Below are positions 47,133 to 56,247 of a DNA stretch of 64,000 bases, in pieces. The DNA lies in the NCBI GenBank assembly GCA_029855935.1, contig JAGSHN010000020.1, positions 1 to 64,000 of the forward strand. The letters run 5' to 3'. The notes beneath the pieces were generated by a model. It ran no database searches. It saw only the letters and a program-made list of their open reading frames with translations, and was not told the DNA's origin. The position numbers and the translations under genes are program-made. How positions within the stretch are numbered: the stretch's first letter is position 1; each line of letters opens with the position of its first letter. The stretch comes from Candidatus Thorarchaeota archaeon (lineage in GTDB: Archaea > Asgardarchaeota > Thorarchaeia > Thorarchaeales > Thorarchaeaceae).

Positions 47133-47795
47133 ATGAAGAGAGAGATGAGCGAAGACATCCCTGACCTCCGACACGAGTTCTTCAGCTGGCGTGGCTTCTT
47201 CGTGGGCGGCCTCTTCATTGGCGCTCTACTCGTCATCCAGTCATACCTCGGTTTTCCTCAGGTCTGGCAAGGAGGCTTGGCGGTATACTTTGTGGCCTAC
47301 ATCATCACCTCATGCATCATAGTGGGTCTTGCCTCAGGGAGTGTCCTTGTCTTTCTCATTCCTCCTGACCAAGACGTCATAGGGGTAGCCGGACTGGGAA
47401 GCGACGACATCTCGCAGCACATCGCCCTCTTTCTCGTCATACTTGCACTCATCTTTCCCGAGCTCTTTGGCTTCATTCTATTCTACACTCTCTTTCTTCA
47501 AGACCCGTTCGCCCCGATCTGGGTCCTCGTTGCCTTTGCGGCCCCTAGTGCCGGCCTGACCGTGTCAATGTTTGACCGACTATCAGCAATCGAGAGAGAC
47601 CTCAGGCAGTTCTTCCGTGATCACGACAGGCTCGACCTCACCGAGCTTGAGTGGCTCCACGAGTTTGGCGCACGGACGCCGGTCTACAGAATGGGGATGA
47701 TCGAGACCGCCGCACGCAGGATAGAGGGCCTGAGGGTGAGGGGCAGCCTCGTGGTGAAGGATCCTCAGATGTTTCGCGTCGAGACAACGGGATGA
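47133..47795 (+). CDS. Hypothetical membrane protein
   Basis: About 4 TM segments and a soluble C-terminal tail. Confidence 0.7.
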   Translation: MKREMSEDIPDLRHEFFSWRGFFVGGLFIGALLVIQSYLGFPQVWQGGLAVYFVAYIITSCIIVGLASGSVLVFLIPPDQDVIGVAGLGSDDISQHIALFLVILALIFPELFGFILFYTLFLQDPFAPIWVLVAFAAPSAGLTVSMFDRLSAIERDLRQFFRDHDRLDLTELEWLHEFGARTPVYRMGMIETAARRIEGLRVRGSLVVKDPQMFRVETTG

Positions 47796-48401
47796 TTGCA
47801 GGTCTTCCCGCCCCCCAGAGGTCATAGACACAACTTGCCCCTGGTGTCGGGACGTGGTGCAGCTGACTCACCGAGGCGAGGCAGAGCTCCTGCGGAGTCG
47901 ACTAGGGTCTGACCAGAGGCAGACAGGTGCCCTGCCATAGTCCACAACTTGGGGAAATGAATACAGAAGCCTACCAATTGCAGGTGGACGGGTTTGAACC
48001 ACCGCGGCCACTGAGTCTGGTTCCGTCGCACCGACTGCGCCTTTAACGACAGCCCAGTGGGCATCAGATGAAAGAAGAGATGCCCTTGCAACGTGCCCAT
48101 TAGACACCTAGCAACTGGGTTCATCTTCAAGAGAGCGCAGCCAGCGTCCTGAGTCAATTGTCTGTTCAATGGGAGATCTGATTCCTACCACCCCCCTCTT
48201 TCGAAGGAGCAGCTGCAAGAAACCGGAGACCTGCAATGTGGTTCGTAGTACCCACCCGTAGGGATGTCATTGACCTGTGTGCAACAAGTTCTGAATCCGA
48301 GCTCAGGGGATTGAAGCCACTGCGCGGCCAGATTTGAGAGTTCTTTGAAGAGAGTTGGAAAAGAATAAGTAGAAACACACAATTGTACGGGGCAGATTGC
48401 A

Positions 48402-49475
48402 ATGCAGCCTGTCGCGCCTGGATGGACAGTAGCAGTAGTTCTTGCAGCAATTGCGGTATTCTGTTGTTGCATCCCCGGTTTTGTTCGATCAATACGCAGG
48501 GTATCCGCGACAGCGACAATTACAGGTTTTCTTCGCGACTACCTAGACCCCAGAAAGCAGTCTTCCAAACTATCATTCCTTGCATCAATTCTGCTTTCAG
48601 TCCCGCTGTATCTATACGTTCACTTTGAAGGCGGTCAGCTTCCGTGGGAGAAGATTGTTACAACGCCCTATTTTCTTGGGACAGTATGTGCAATTCCAAT
48701 CTCGGTGGTCGTCCATTTCCACTATCTTCGTTCACTATCGGGCGACTCTCTCGACGCCGTCTCTACGTCCGTAGCGTGGCCATTCATTGTCTTCGCCCTA
48801 GTCTTGACAGCAAGATTCCAAGTGCTACATCCTAGCTTTTCGATTGTATCTGGTCCCTTTCTTGGAATCTCAATCTCTTTTCTATCAGTGTTTTCGGGTG
48901 CTTTCCTCGTGGACATCTTTATGGGTGGAAGGTTGGATCGACTGTACGAAGAACTCCATGAAGAGATTGAAGCTGAAGCGGCAAGAAGGCAGGAAGAGGA
49001 CCTCCTCCGAAAGCGTGAGCTCCACAAGAGGAATATCGTCGTATTGACTGAAACTGTGCAGAGTATTGAGAGGGAGCCCAGCCAGTTTGACAGTCCCACT
49101 ATCAAGAATGCTCTTGCCGAGAGCGTACTATCTATCATCAACAGGGAGGGTGTCTACGTCCGGAGAGAGAGTGATGCCTACGAAGCGGTCATGTTCCTGA
49201 GTCTCCCGGAGGACTATCTACTATTCTCTATCACTTGTCTTGTATGGAGAGGCCGCAATCTCGAGTATGGTACTTCGGAATACAATGACTATCTCAAGAG
49301 ACTCCAAGAGGAAGTCCGTCTCTTCTGCGAAGAGACTTCAATAGACGAATCGACACTCGAAAGGATCGTGGAGGCTGCTGGGACTTCTCTTGGTGAACTG
49401 TTGAGAACGGCATTTGGACTATTGTCTCGCAAAGATATCTACAGGGACTGTTTCCAAGAGATGCAGGACGACTAG
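48402..49475 (+). CDS. Hypothetical 5-TM protein with a coiled coil and helical C-terminal domain (AT-richer)
   Basis: 357-aa ORF; hydrophobic N-terminal half and a charged helix EELHEEIEAEAARRQEE. Confidence 0.65.
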   Translation: MQPVAPGWTVAVVLAAIAVFCCCIPGFVRSIRRVSATATITGFLRDYLDPRKQSSKLSFLASILLSVPLYLYVHFEGGQLPWEKIVTTPYFLGTVCAIPISVVVHFHYLRSLSGDSLDAVSTSVAWPFIVFALVLTARFQVLHPSFSIVSGPFLGISISFLSVFSGAFLVDIFMGGRLDRLYEELHEEIEAEAARRQEEDLLRKRELHKRNIVVLTETVQSIEREPSQFDSPTIKNALAESVLSIINREGVYVRRESDAYEAVMFLSLPEDYLLFSITCLVWRGRNLEYGTSEYNDYLKRLQEEVRLFCEETSIDESTLERIVEAAGTSLGELLRTAFGLLSRKDIYRDCFQEMQDD

Positions 49476-49743
49476 CAAGTCAGAGTCGGCGCGAGACTGC
49501 ACTGCGGATGAGGGTCCGTTCCTACTGCCCTGAGATGGAGGGACCCGAACTATGCTTCTCGCCCGTGGGGATAGCTGGCGTTGATACAGTCAGATGTAGA
49601 CTCGAAGACAGGCCTAGGAAACACTGGACAGCAGAGTATCTAGACCTCCGAGTATCTCATTCTCCAGTGATTGAACTCACCGTTGGCGTCAGCACAAGAC
49701 GCGGCCGGATCACCCATGCGATATGGAGGTACACGGAGAGATT

Positions 49744-50058
49744 CTACCCACCGTGACGCCTCTTCATATGCACCGCGAGACCCTCGGGTGTCCAGGCGAC
49801 CCACGCGCATTTCAGACACGTGTAGCGCTTGCTTCCCAGTCCGATTCTCGGCGGCGACTTCTCCTCAAGCTCGTAGATTGTCCCCCCATAGCCACTGCTC
49901 TTGCGGGTGACCACCTTGAAACGCTTGTCAAAGCATGTCCTGCAGATACCGAGCCTCTTCTGTGCGTCCTGAATGAAATTGTCCTCAAGAGTCTTCGGTG
50001 GCTCGAATGACTCTATCTCTTTGCCACAACTCTCACAGAGCTCAGGTATCTTAATCAC
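49744..50058 (-). CDS. Small protein with a C4 zinc site and a C-terminal classical C2H2 zinc finger
   Basis: CESC...CRTC; Y-x-C-x2-C-x12-H-x4-H (YTCLKCAWVAWTPEGLAVHMKRRH). The likely start is GTG 50058. Confidence 0.75.
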   Translation of the reverse strand: MIKIPELCESCGKEIESFEPPKTLEDNFIQDAQKRLGICRTCFDKRFKVVTRKSSGYGGTIYELEEKSPPRIGLGSKRYTCLKCAWVAWTPEGLAVHMKRRHGG

Positions 50059-50183
50059 CCGTCCGCGAAGGATAGTCCCGCAGTTTCGACGCCAAGTATT
50101 CCTAAATCCAGTATATGAATGGATTGGGTCCACACCTCGTCATCGTATCACGGAACACTCTCGACCTGGGGGCCAGTCCCCGC

Positions 50184-51728
50184 TCACTTAGAATCCGAGG
50201 CGTCACCGCTGTCCAATGTGGCAAAGCGGGCTGCAGTATAGAAGAGCTTGTCAATGCCCTCGCCAGTGATGCAGGACGTCTCCACAAAGGCGACTTTATG
50301 CAAACCCTCCCCTGATGACAACTCGTGGGCCAACGACTCGGCCCTCTTGTAGCCCTCGTCCCGGCTCACAGTCGCTCCCACCGACTCACCGCCCCTCATG
50401 TCAACCTTGTTGCCCACAATCACTATCGGCGGCAGGTGATCCAGTGAGGATTGAACCTCCTTCACCCAGAAGTCAATGGAGTTGAATGACCAGCGGTCGT
50501 CAACAGCATAGACGATCAGCACCGCATCGGTATCGCTATAGTACTCGCGCCTGCTGACTCCAGCCTTGGCTGCATCATCGAAGGACCACGATCGCAGCTG
50601 CACACGGTGAGTCGGTGTCTCAACAAGCCTCTGATAGACGTGGCCCGGTGTTGTCCCCGTAATCAGGGGATAAGAGTCCGACTCGGCGTGTAGCAGGGAG
50701 CTCTTTCCAACTCCATCCTCGCCAAGAACGATGACCTTTCTTGTCACCTCAGGCTTGATGACCCCATCAGAGTCGGTAATCGGCTCCTCAGCAACGACCA
50801 CACGCGCTGCAGATGCCCTCTCCGAGGTCTGTTCGACTGCAGCCTCCTTGGCCGCCTCCTCCGCGCTTCTGACAATCTCTTCAGAGTCAGCGGCGTGGGT
50901 CTTCTCTGACGCCTTTAGCTCTGCCTGTCCCTCGATCTTGATGCTAATCTCAGGAGCGCGTGGCTCTGGGGGGACTTCAAACTCGTCGCTTATCTTCTCG
51001 ACTGCGGCAAGGGCCTCCACGATGTCTCCAATCTCCTCGTCCGACAGCGCTCCAGTGACGACCACAGGCCTATTACCAGGTGTTGCTGCGCCCTCAGCAG
51101 TGGTCGGCGGCTCGGTCCTCGCGGCGGCTTCGTCAGACCCAGAGGTGACGGACTGTCCAGTATCGCTCTCCGTTCTGGCCGATGCTGTCGCCTTCAGCTC
51201 AACACTCACTCTGCCACTTGTCGCCACAGGACTCTCCTCTGAGGTGGCGGATGTCGGTCTCACTTCTCTCTCTGGCTTCACACTAGTCTGTGGGCGAGTC
51301 TCCGCAGTAGGGACTGATTGAGTATCTCCACTGGTCCCGGACGGGCCAACCACTGGAGACGCTGGTCCGGCCGGCTTGGGGACTGACTCCTCGGGCCCCT
51401 CCTCCTCGGGCCCCACAAGGATAGACCGCGCACGCGGCACGCCAATCCGAATGAGTGTCTCCTCGATGAGACCCGGCGCAAGCCTCTTTCCACGTGTCTT
51501 GAAGTAGGCAGAGACCTCTCTTACGACATCGTCGAAGGAACGTCCTCTGATCTTGATCTTCTTCTGAATCACACCCTTGTCGCGAATCTCAATATAGCCG
51601 ACAGCAAGCGTGACTGAAGTGGTCGTTCCCGGGACTATCAATGAAACCGCTTCCGCAGTCTGTTGAGTGGACCTAGCATGGAGTGCTCTGTCCGCGCCGT
51701 ATTTGACTGTTTCGAGATACTGCGTCAA
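50184..51728 (-). CDS. Ras/Rab-like small GTPase domain with a long N-terminal extension
   Basis: G1 GEDGVGKSS, G4 VGNKVD, G5 ETSC and LIVYAVDDRWSF. G3 is degenerate (WSFDDAA). Confidence 0.85.
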   Translation of the reverse strand: MTQYLETVKYGADRALHARSTQQTAEAVSLIVPGTTTSVTLAVGYIEIRDKGVIQKKIKIRGRSFDDVVREVSAYFKTRGKRLAPGLIEETLIRIGVPRARSILVGPEEEGPEESVPKPAGPASPVVGPSGTSGDTQSVPTAETRPQTSVKPEREVRPTSATSEESPVATSGRVSVELKATASARTESDTGQSVTSGSDEAAARTEPPTTAEGAATPGNRPVVVTGALSDEEIGDIVEALAAVEKISDEFEVPPEPRAPEISIKIEGQAELKASEKTHAADSEEIVRSAEEAAKEAAVEQTSERASAARVVVAEEPITDSDGVIKPEVTRKVIVLGEDGVGKSSLLHAESDSYPLITGTTPGHVYQRLVETPTHRVQLRSWSFDDAAKAGVSRREYYSDTDAVLIVYAVDDRWSFNSIDFWVKEVQSSLDHLPPIVIVGNKVDMRGGESVGATVSRDEGYKRAESLAHELSSGEGLHKVAFVETSCITGEGIDKLFYTAARFATLDSGDASDSK

Positions 51729-51860
51729 GAAATCATTCCCGAGGGCAGTTGATACCTCTTGTTAGCGGTATGCTTAAGTCCAACCACCTCAAGCCGTGTC
51801 AACCTGTAGACGGACATCGGGGCCCAGCACGTCTGTTCGTCACACAGATGAGGTGATACG

Positions 51861-54800
51861 ATGGTCGATGCGAAGGCGCTTGCCAAGAAGGTTGGCAGGG
51901 GCATCCTAGTCACTGCAGCCAGTTTCGTGGCAGGCGTCGCTCTCGGACCAATCGGCCCAGCTGTTGGGGCCTTCGTCGCCAAGAAAATGGCGGAACTCGG
52001 TGTCTCAATCAGCCCTGATAGCGTCAGCAAGATGTTTGAGGACCGCATCGGGAAATCTCCAATGAACATTGCGATGCTCACGGAGAGGGAGAGCCTTGAG
52101 AACATAGCCAAGGCCATTGCCGAAGAAACAAGAGTGTCCCAAGACGAGGCCTTCGCTGCCGTGCAGTACGGAATACGCGAGCTTCGGTCGGCTCTCGATG
52201 GCGTTCTATCATCGATGCGTGAAGACAGGCGACTTCTCCACGAGGTTCTCAATCTCACTGGAGAGAACAACACAAAGATTGACGAGCTGGTCAATAATAG
52301 TAGGCTTGTTGAATCATCATTGAGGAGAATGCAGGATTCTCTTGAGATGATGGATGCTCGACTCGAGGCAGTGTTTCGGGAATTCGCACAGCTCCAGCTT
52401 AGGGGAACCAGACTCGGTCTAGAGAAACTTCGCGTCGTGAGCTTGCTTCAGCGCCAGAGTATTCTGCTGACATCGCGGTACGGTGTGCCCTACGACCCCA
52501 ACTTGTACGTTCCACGCAGACGTGAGGAGGCCGTCTTCAATGCCTTCCTGCACGACATAGGGTACTCCGACAAGAACTGCTTCCTTCTCTTGGGTGATGT
52601 CGGCATGGGCAAGACGTGGTCTATGGCTCGTTTCTCCACAATGGCTCTGGACGAGGGCCTCTTGGTGTTCTTCGTCCCGCTCTCACACGGGGTGCAGACA
52701 CTCACCAGCCTGTTCAATGTTCAGACCATTTCGAATCTGGTCAGCCTGCTGGACGAGATTCTCTCCCAAGAGGATGGAAGAACCCTGATATTCCTTGACG
52801 GTCTCGACGAACTGAGTCCGGCTGATGCTCGTCTGCTTCTTAGGCAGGTTTCAAGCAGTAGATCCAGGTACGTATCCTTCGTCTTGTCCTGCAGAGCCGC
52901 CGACTGGGCCCATAGCGACTCTCTCGTTGAGGCATCGAATCATCTTCGGCACCTGATATACGCTGATGACGATGCTACCCGACGTGCTCACGAGCGCGGT
53001 GTACAGACTCCCGTTTCGATATTCCTCTCTGAGCTTACCGACGACGAGCTGAAGATAGCCATTCAAAGATATGGCCTCCCTACCGATGGCAGCATAGCGA
53101 CGGAAGTCCTGCCGATGTTACGCAAGCCGTACTTCCTCCGCGTTGTGTCTGACTGGTTCGCGGAGCATCATTCAGTCCCACAATTAGATACCCCTGAGTT
53201 TCTCATCCTAATGGCTGGCACTGAAGATTATCAAGACTGTGTCTTCCGTCGCCTTGGAATAGTCACCCACAGGGAGGCGCTCTACAAGCTCGTGGAGTAT
53301 TTCATCATCCAGCGCCGTCACAGGTTCCCTCTCGCAAACCTCCCAATCGAATACGACACCGAAGCATTTCGCGCCTTGATCTCTTCAGGACTGATCACAC
53401 TCAGACAGGGCACACTAGGAGTTGAGGCGTCGCTGAATCCCGAGTTCTCTCTCCCCCTCATCAGCCTCACCCTTGCTCGACTCAAGGCCCAAGGCAGGCG
53501 TGAAACCGTCATAGAGTCGCTCAGGTCTTGGCTCCCCGAGATTGCTGAGTCAGCGACTCGCCTTGCAGATGCGCTTCTGAGTTATCTCGGCAGTAGCATT
53601 GATGTTCCAACTGAGATGGCACAGGAAGGAACAGATCGTACAACGACCCTGCCGCAGACTGCGGGAGAAAGTTCGATGGATAGCGCAGAGATCCAACGCC
53701 CGGCTCTAGTCGCTGTTTCACAGCCAGCCCGCATCCTTTCGTCAATTGGTGGGGTTCCGACGGAACTGACCAACGAGGTCTTTGAAGGAATACGAACTGT
53801 TCTCAACGATAGCGACACGGCGACTCGTGCTAGCGCCGCACTTGCGCTAGCACTGGCAGGAACCGCACTGGATGAACCACGAGAAGCATTTTCACTTCTG
53901 CTCACGTGCTTGACAGATGGGGAGATAGAGGTGCGTTTCAGTGCTGCCATTGGCCTCGGACTGGTGGCAACAGCGATGCACGACTGTGAAGATGCGATTT
54001 CTTCCCTGAGTAGTCTCCTCAAGAGAATTGATGACACTTGGGACATTCATCAAGCTGTGGCATTGGGTCTGGGTCTCGCCGGAACTGTCGCGAGCGACCC
54101 CCAAGAGCTGGTTTCAGCACTCAACGTAGCCCCTTGGAGCGAACCAGGACAGAAACACATCGAAACGGCCTGTGGTCACTTGCTAGCTCTTGCCTTTGTC
54201 GCGCCAGCGCTGGTTGATGTCCGAGAGGTCATCGAAGTCCTGCGGAGCAACGTGGAGCGTGGGGACGCCGTTGTGCGAGATTGCGGGGCACTTGGCCTCG
54301 GCATTGTAGGGATGATGCTGGGTCATTCACAAGAGGTACTTGATACCCTGCGTCGGCTGCTGTTCGACTCCGAAGAGACTGTGTCTGTTCGCCAACAGGC
54401 TGCACTTGGGCTCGCGCTCGCAGGCGTACTGTCAGACAGTCCAGAGGACATCTTAGTAATGGCGCTTCCCTTCCTCTCATATGATGCTGAGCCAAGCAGT
54501 GGGTTTCTTGGCCCTAGCCACGACGAACTCGATGATGGTAGCGACGAGGAGGACGAGATTCCGGATCTTCCGGCTCCTCCAGGCTACAACGGTGCAGAAG
54601 AAACGGCTCAGATTCGTGAGGCCGTTGCTGAAGGCCTTGGGCTGATTGCAACTGTATTGGAAAGAGCCCACGACGCGACAAACTTGTTGCGTCATCTCCT
54701 TGAAGACAAGAGTTACCACATACGCCGAGGGGCTGCGTTCGGGTTGGCGTTGGCCGGAACCGTAGCGAAGAACCAGAATCAAATAGTCGCTCTGCTGGCA

Positions 54801-55313
54801 TCGCTTCTTGAGAACCGACAGGAGGACACAACGGTTCGTGCGCAGGCTGCTCTCGCCCTCGCAGTGTTGAGCACTTCTCTCAGTGAGCCGGATCACATTG
54901 TAACACTGCTGGTCAATCTTCTCAAAGAACCCTATGAACACAGGCTAGTCCGAGCTAGAGCTGCGTTCGGACTTGCTCTCATTGCGACAGCAACAGATAA
55001 GCGAAGGGAGATATGTGATGTCCTAAAGTCCGTAGCCATCGAAGGAAGTAATCCGGTGCGCCCAGACGCCATAGTTGCCCTCGGCCTAGCGGCAAGCAAT
55101 ATTGGCCAGCCGTGGTACGAGATTCTAAACGATAGTAGCGATGATGACAGGAGTGGTCATAGGGTCAATGCGATACTCGCGTCTCGAGCTGCTGTCATTG
55201 GGCTGGCTTTGGACGAATTCAGGCTCCGCTCGTACTATCCCTTCTGGTACTACGTTGGCTGCTATCTGTGCTTGGCTAGACAAATCCGGCCTCGTTTCCG
55301 CACAGACGGTTGA
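51861..55313 (+). CDS. STAND/NACHT-like ATPase with an N-terminal hydrophobic helix and coiled coil, and C-terminal HEAT/PC-like repeats
   Basis: YVPRR, GDVGMGKTW (Walker A), IFLDGLDE (Walker B), VLSCR (sensor 1), LRKPYFLR; about 11-12 R-x-x-AALGLGL-type repeats. Confidence 0.85.
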   Translation: MVDAKALAKKVGRGILVTAASFVAGVALGPIGPAVGAFVAKKMAELGVSISPDSVSKMFEDRIGKSPMNIAMLTERESLENIAKAIAEETRVSQDEAFAAVQYGIRELRSALDGVLSSMREDRRLLHEVLNLTGENNTKIDELVNNSRLVESSLRRMQDSLEMMDARLEAVFREFAQLQLRGTRLGLEKLRVVSLLQRQSILLTSRYGVPYDPNLYVPRRREEAVFNAFLHDIGYSDKNCFLLLGDVGMGKTWSMARFSTMALDEGLLVFFVPLSHGVQTLTSLFNVQTISNLVSLLDEILSQEDGRTLIFLDGLDELSPADARLLLRQVSSSRSRYVSFVLSCRAADWAHSDSLVEASNHLRHLIYADDDATRRAHERGVQTPVSIFLSELTDDELKIAIQRYGLPTDGSIATEVLPMLRKPYFLRVVSDWFAEHHSVPQLDTPEFLILMAGTEDYQDCVFRRLGIVTHREALYKLVEYFIIQRRHRFPLANLPIEYDTEAFRALISSGLITLRQGTLGVEASLNPEFSLPLISLTLARLKAQGRRETVIESLRSWLPEIAESATRLADALLSYLGSSIDVPTEMAQEGTDRTTTLPQTAGESSMDSAEIQRPALVAVSQPARILSSIGGVPTELTNEVFEGIRTVLNDSDTATRASAALALALAGTALDEPREAFSLLLTCLTDGEIEVRFSAAIGLGLVATAMHDCEDAISSLSSLLKRIDDTWDIHQAVALGLGLAGTVASDPQELVSALNVAPWSEPGQKHIETACGHLLALAFVAPALVDVREVIEVLRSNVERGDAVVRDCGALGLGIVGMMLGHSQEVLDTLRRLLFDSEETVSVRQQAALGLALAGVLSDSPEDILVMALPFLSYDAEPSSGFLGPSHDELDDGSDEEDEIPDLPAPPGYNGAEETAQIREAVAEGLGLIATVLERAHDATNLLRHLLEDKSYHIRRGAAFGLALAGTVAKNQNQIVALLASLLENRQEDTTVRAQAALALAVLSTSLSEPDHIVTLLVNLLKEPYEHRLVRARAAFGLALIATATDKRREICDVLKSVAIEGSNPVRPDAIVALGLAASNIGQPWYEILNDSSDDDRSGHRVNAILASRAAVIGLALDEFRLRSYYPFWYYVGCYLCLARQIRPRFRTDG

Positions 55314-55528
55314 CATCAGACTGAGAGGTCGAACGCGACAGCCAGCGATGATTCAAGCACCGATATGCAAGATGGGGACCTACGCGACGGCGATAGAACC
55401 ATTTGTTTCGGTATCACTGGTGGATTCGGCTACAGGAGAGAACGCCTCGCATATAGATAGGAACTGACTGGCAATCTACAGAAAGAAATATCACCGCGAC
55501 GCCACGTCACAGGACGCAGGGAGATGCA

Positions 55529-56071
55529 ATGGTCGACATCGACTTCGCTGACTACGTGGATGTGATAAAAGACTGGCCACAGCCGGGTCAGGCCGTCTGT
55601 GATATCAGCAGGCTCCTTGAGGACCCAACAGTGTTCCATGAGGCAGTCGTCACGCTCGCCAAGCCCCTCGTGGAACTGCGACCGAACAAGGTTGTGGGGA
55701 TAGATCAGCGCGGCCTTGCCCTGGGCAGTGCCATTGCCTACTACCTTGGATGCGGTATCGTACCGACGAGATCGATTGCCTACCTTCCGGAGGACTACAG
55801 ACGCCCTGTGGAGCTCCTCCCTGCAAGCCGCTTTGCGGACCAGAGGCTGGCGCTGGTCTCAGAGTCGATTGACCCAGGCGACCGTGTCGTGATCGTGGAC
55901 GACTGGATCACGCAGGGGACAACTGTTCTCGCCGTCAAGAGAATTGTGGAGAGGCTTGGCGCACAGGTCGTCGGCGTGGCATGTGTGATCAACAACCTGT
56001 CGGAGACTCGTCGAAAGATACTGGGCCGGCCCGAGATTCACTCTCTGATTGAGAACTTGCCCTTTGAGTAG
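55529..56071 (+). CDS. apt: Adenine phosphoribosyltransferase-like type I PRTase
   Basis: IKDWPQPG...DISRLL and the PRPP-binding motif VVIVDDWITQGTT. Confidence 0.7.
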   Translation: MVDIDFADYVDVIKDWPQPGQAVCDISRLLEDPTVFHEAVVTLAKPLVELRPNKVVGIDQRGLALGSAIAYYLGCGIVPTRSIAYLPEDYRRPVELLPASRFADQRLALVSESIDPGDRVVIVDDWITQGTTVLAVKRIVERLGAQVVGVACVINNLSETRRKILGRPEIHSLIENLPFE

Positions 56072-56247
56072 TGGGCCAGCCCATGAGGTCATCTCCTGCG
56101 AAAGCTGTCCACTGACCTATCATTTGAGATTTCCAACAGCCAGACTTTCTGCTGGCGGTCTCTCCGCCAGATGACAGGTCGCAGACAGGCAAAAGATAGG
56201 TGAGGAGGACCGAACGGGCGCGACAATGACCCGCCGGTCCCTGTCCT

